Assembly: GCA_036630325.1 (NCBI GenBank) | Contig: CP142727.1 | Span: 620,001-684,000 of the forward strand | Direction of reading: 5' to 3' | DNA: 64,000 bases | Origin: Vairimorpha necatrix | Taxonomy: Eukaryota | Shown here: one piece after another, positions 61,641 to 64,000 of the stretch | Layout: each line of letters begins with the position of its first letter | Numbering within the stretch: position 1 is the stretch's first letter | Notes under the pieces: model-generated | Databases searched by the model: none | Told to the model about the DNA's origin: nothing | The model's input: only the letters and a program-made list of their open reading frames with translations | Program-made: the position numbers and the translations under genes

Positions 61641-61897
61641 AACTACCTTTAACTTGCCACGGTCAAAATAAAAATAGTCTTTTGTTGACTGATATTTGAA
61701 CGAATAACAAAAAAGTATAGATTTCATATAAGTCACTGTGGTATTCCCCTCTTGTCTAGCTTCTTCGTCTAATCCAACGCGGACAACTTTTGACTCTTAT
61801 AGTACAATTTTTCATTTTCAAGGTTGTAGATCACAAAAAGATTTTCGTTTACATTATATCAGCGTTGTAAAATTATAGTCATATCATTAGTTGACTG

Positions 61898-62920
61898 GGC
61901 TGAAGTAAGCATTAGCTACAAAAAATCGATATAGGGTTTTTTTGTTTTTTTTTGCCCCTTTTTTTAAAAAATGGAGGAAAGAATTCGGACAAGAAAAGAA
62001 TTGGAGATCATATATAATGATCTAATAATTAAGAAAGAAAATAAAAAATGTAGCGTCTGTAATCAAAAAATGTAGCAAAGAGGGGAGCAAAGAAGTCTCA
62101 TAAGGTGTCCATGGAGCTCATGTAAAAACACAATTTCAATTTGGAATGGAACTTTCTTTCAGGATTCTAGGCTAAATCACATCAAAATATCACAAATAAT
62201 AAATTTATGGATTCTAGGTTATACACGTAAGTCCATTTCTCAAGTTTTAGGTTGTACTAAACCTTCTATATCTTCCGTGCTAAAAAAGTTAAAAGAAATG
62301 AGTCTTTATGATAAGTATTTATCTAGTATAGGGACTATTGGAGGCGATAATCTTATAGTGGAAATTGATGAGACTAAGATTGGGAAGAATAAATACAATA
62401 GGGGGAAGTTAGTAAAAGGATTTTGGTGTTTTGGAATGGTTGAACGTACCATCCAACGTAGAATCATAGTAGTATATATCAAGAAAAGAGACGAAAGAAC
62501 ACTTACTGAACTTCTTTTAAAATATGTAAGTAGAAGCAGTATTATATATAGCGATATGTGGAGAGCGTATCATTCTTTATATACAATATTTAACCAACAT
62601 AATATGGTTGATAATACATTACATTTAGAGATCCGAATACAGGAGTACATACCAATACCATATAAGGTAATTGGAGATCTCTAAAACATTCTATACCAAA
62701 TAGAAACTGATCATCTAATAGCGCTAAACTTTATTTATTTAGATATTTGATCCAAATAAACTTTAAAACACCAGTTTTTGAAGCTTTATTGAAATATTTA
62801 TTCTAGTTTTTATTTTTGTTCCTTCCTCATCATTTTCTTTCCTCCATTTTTTAAAAAAAGGGGCAAAAAAAAAACAAAAAACCCTATATCGATTTTTTGT
62901 AGCTAATGCTTACTTCAGCC
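61898..62920 (+). mobile_element. Merlin DNA transposon (1023 bp), transposase disrupted
   Basis: ~85-bp TIRs GGCTGAAGTAAGC...; 8-bp TSD GTTGACTG; EIDETKIGKNKYNRG and YSDMW motifs. Confidence 0.95.
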
Positions 62921-63554
62921 GTTGACTGTTTTCGTTCTTGCATAAATAGATAGTTTTAATATCAACGTTTGAATTTTATATTTGAATCTGGTATTTGTTT
63001 AAATGACTGAACAGTTTAATTTATAGTTTTCATTGTATTGAAATTGTTTTATTAAAAAACTTCGAAATGATTAAAACTTAATGTTATTTTATCTTACCAA
63101 GAGATCAATCTTTAATTTATATTTTTACCAAGAAAAACAAAAGAATATTAAAGTCTTAGTTATTTTAGTTCGATTTTACACTTTAACATCGACAATAAAA
63201 TATATTCGTTTCGTTCTATTAGAAAAAATTTACTTATTTATATAATTATAAACTTTTAATTGGATTTTATTGTTCACCTGTCAAAGTCAAAAATTTCTCC
63301 CGCTTATGTAATTGATGTTTTTTAATATAAATATCAATATAAACTGCTAGAAATACTAAAATTTCAAATCAAATCTTGATTTTTACTTCTAACAAATCTT
63401 TTAACATAATGATTAAAACAAACGATTTACTACTTTTTATTAAATGTTCTAACATTCACATATTTTTTAATAACATGATTTCCTAATATTTCACTTAAAA
63501 TATTAGATCTGCGATGTTTAGAGCATAGACAAATATTAATATAATCTATATTAA

Positions 63555-63880
63555 AACAAGTATGATGTCTTTGCAATCGACTGGGCAGAAGATATGGGGT
63601 TTAAACTGAATAATTCCAGACTTAATTACTTGTGACGGGAAAGTGACTAAGTTTCACAAATCATACACCACAAGACCTGACATCCCTATGAAACTAGAAG
63701 TGTACGTGAAGATGTTCACGATGAAGAAGACGCTAGAAAGCATTCTTCTGGACCATCGAAGGAGAAGAGACAAAGCCGACGTGGGAAGGACTATGGAGTC
63801 TAAAAGCTACATAAAAGCAGAAGACGCCAACGCGGCACCTATCAAAAGCAAACTAGAAATATTTACTACATTAAGCAAAC
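63555..63880 (+). pseudogene. RLE non-LTR retrotransposon 3' remnant
   Basis: KYDV...VTKFHK...KKTLESILLDHRRR; homologous to 41260-41610. Confidence 0.65.
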
Positions 63881-64000
63881 CCAAATTATATTCATTTATT
63901 TATAATCTACACTAGATTTTAATCTAGCATTGTTATTGTTTTGAAGTTAATCAATACAGTAATTGCTTTTCTTATTATCAATACATAAATTTGGCCCAAC

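Overview
AT-rich eukaryotic DNA, most consistent with a microsporidian of the Nosema/Vairimorpha type. This is an inference from the short intronless genes, CCC/GGG motifs just before ATGs, reduced RPL14/MED21, microsporidian-style homeobox genes and Merlin transposons. A compact housekeeping island at ~6.1-22.2 kb holds a SulP transporter, alpha-SNAP, DBP10-like helicase, CTR9-like, MED21-like, RPL14, a SAP-domain protein, MSH6 and tRNA-Thr(AGT). The rest is TE-rich and contains two homeobox genes and a nonsense-interrupted cyclic-nucleotide phosphodiesterase. The most striking content is a set of minimal LTR retroelements. Three ~3.1-3.3 kb Ty3/Gypsy elements have LTRs of only 38, 48 and 56 bp; two of them lack any recognisable protease, and in all three the Gag ATG is formed at the LTR/PBS junction. 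Two ~730-bp TRIM-like passengers have ~55-bp LTRs. A gag-only element has 311-bp LTRs that appear to be protein-coding under selection and may self-prime. The window also contains a ~780-bp tRNA-headed SINE family, at least six Merlin DNA transposons, RLE non-LTR remnants and a candidate structured ncRNA. All alignments were done by eye; no database searches were run.
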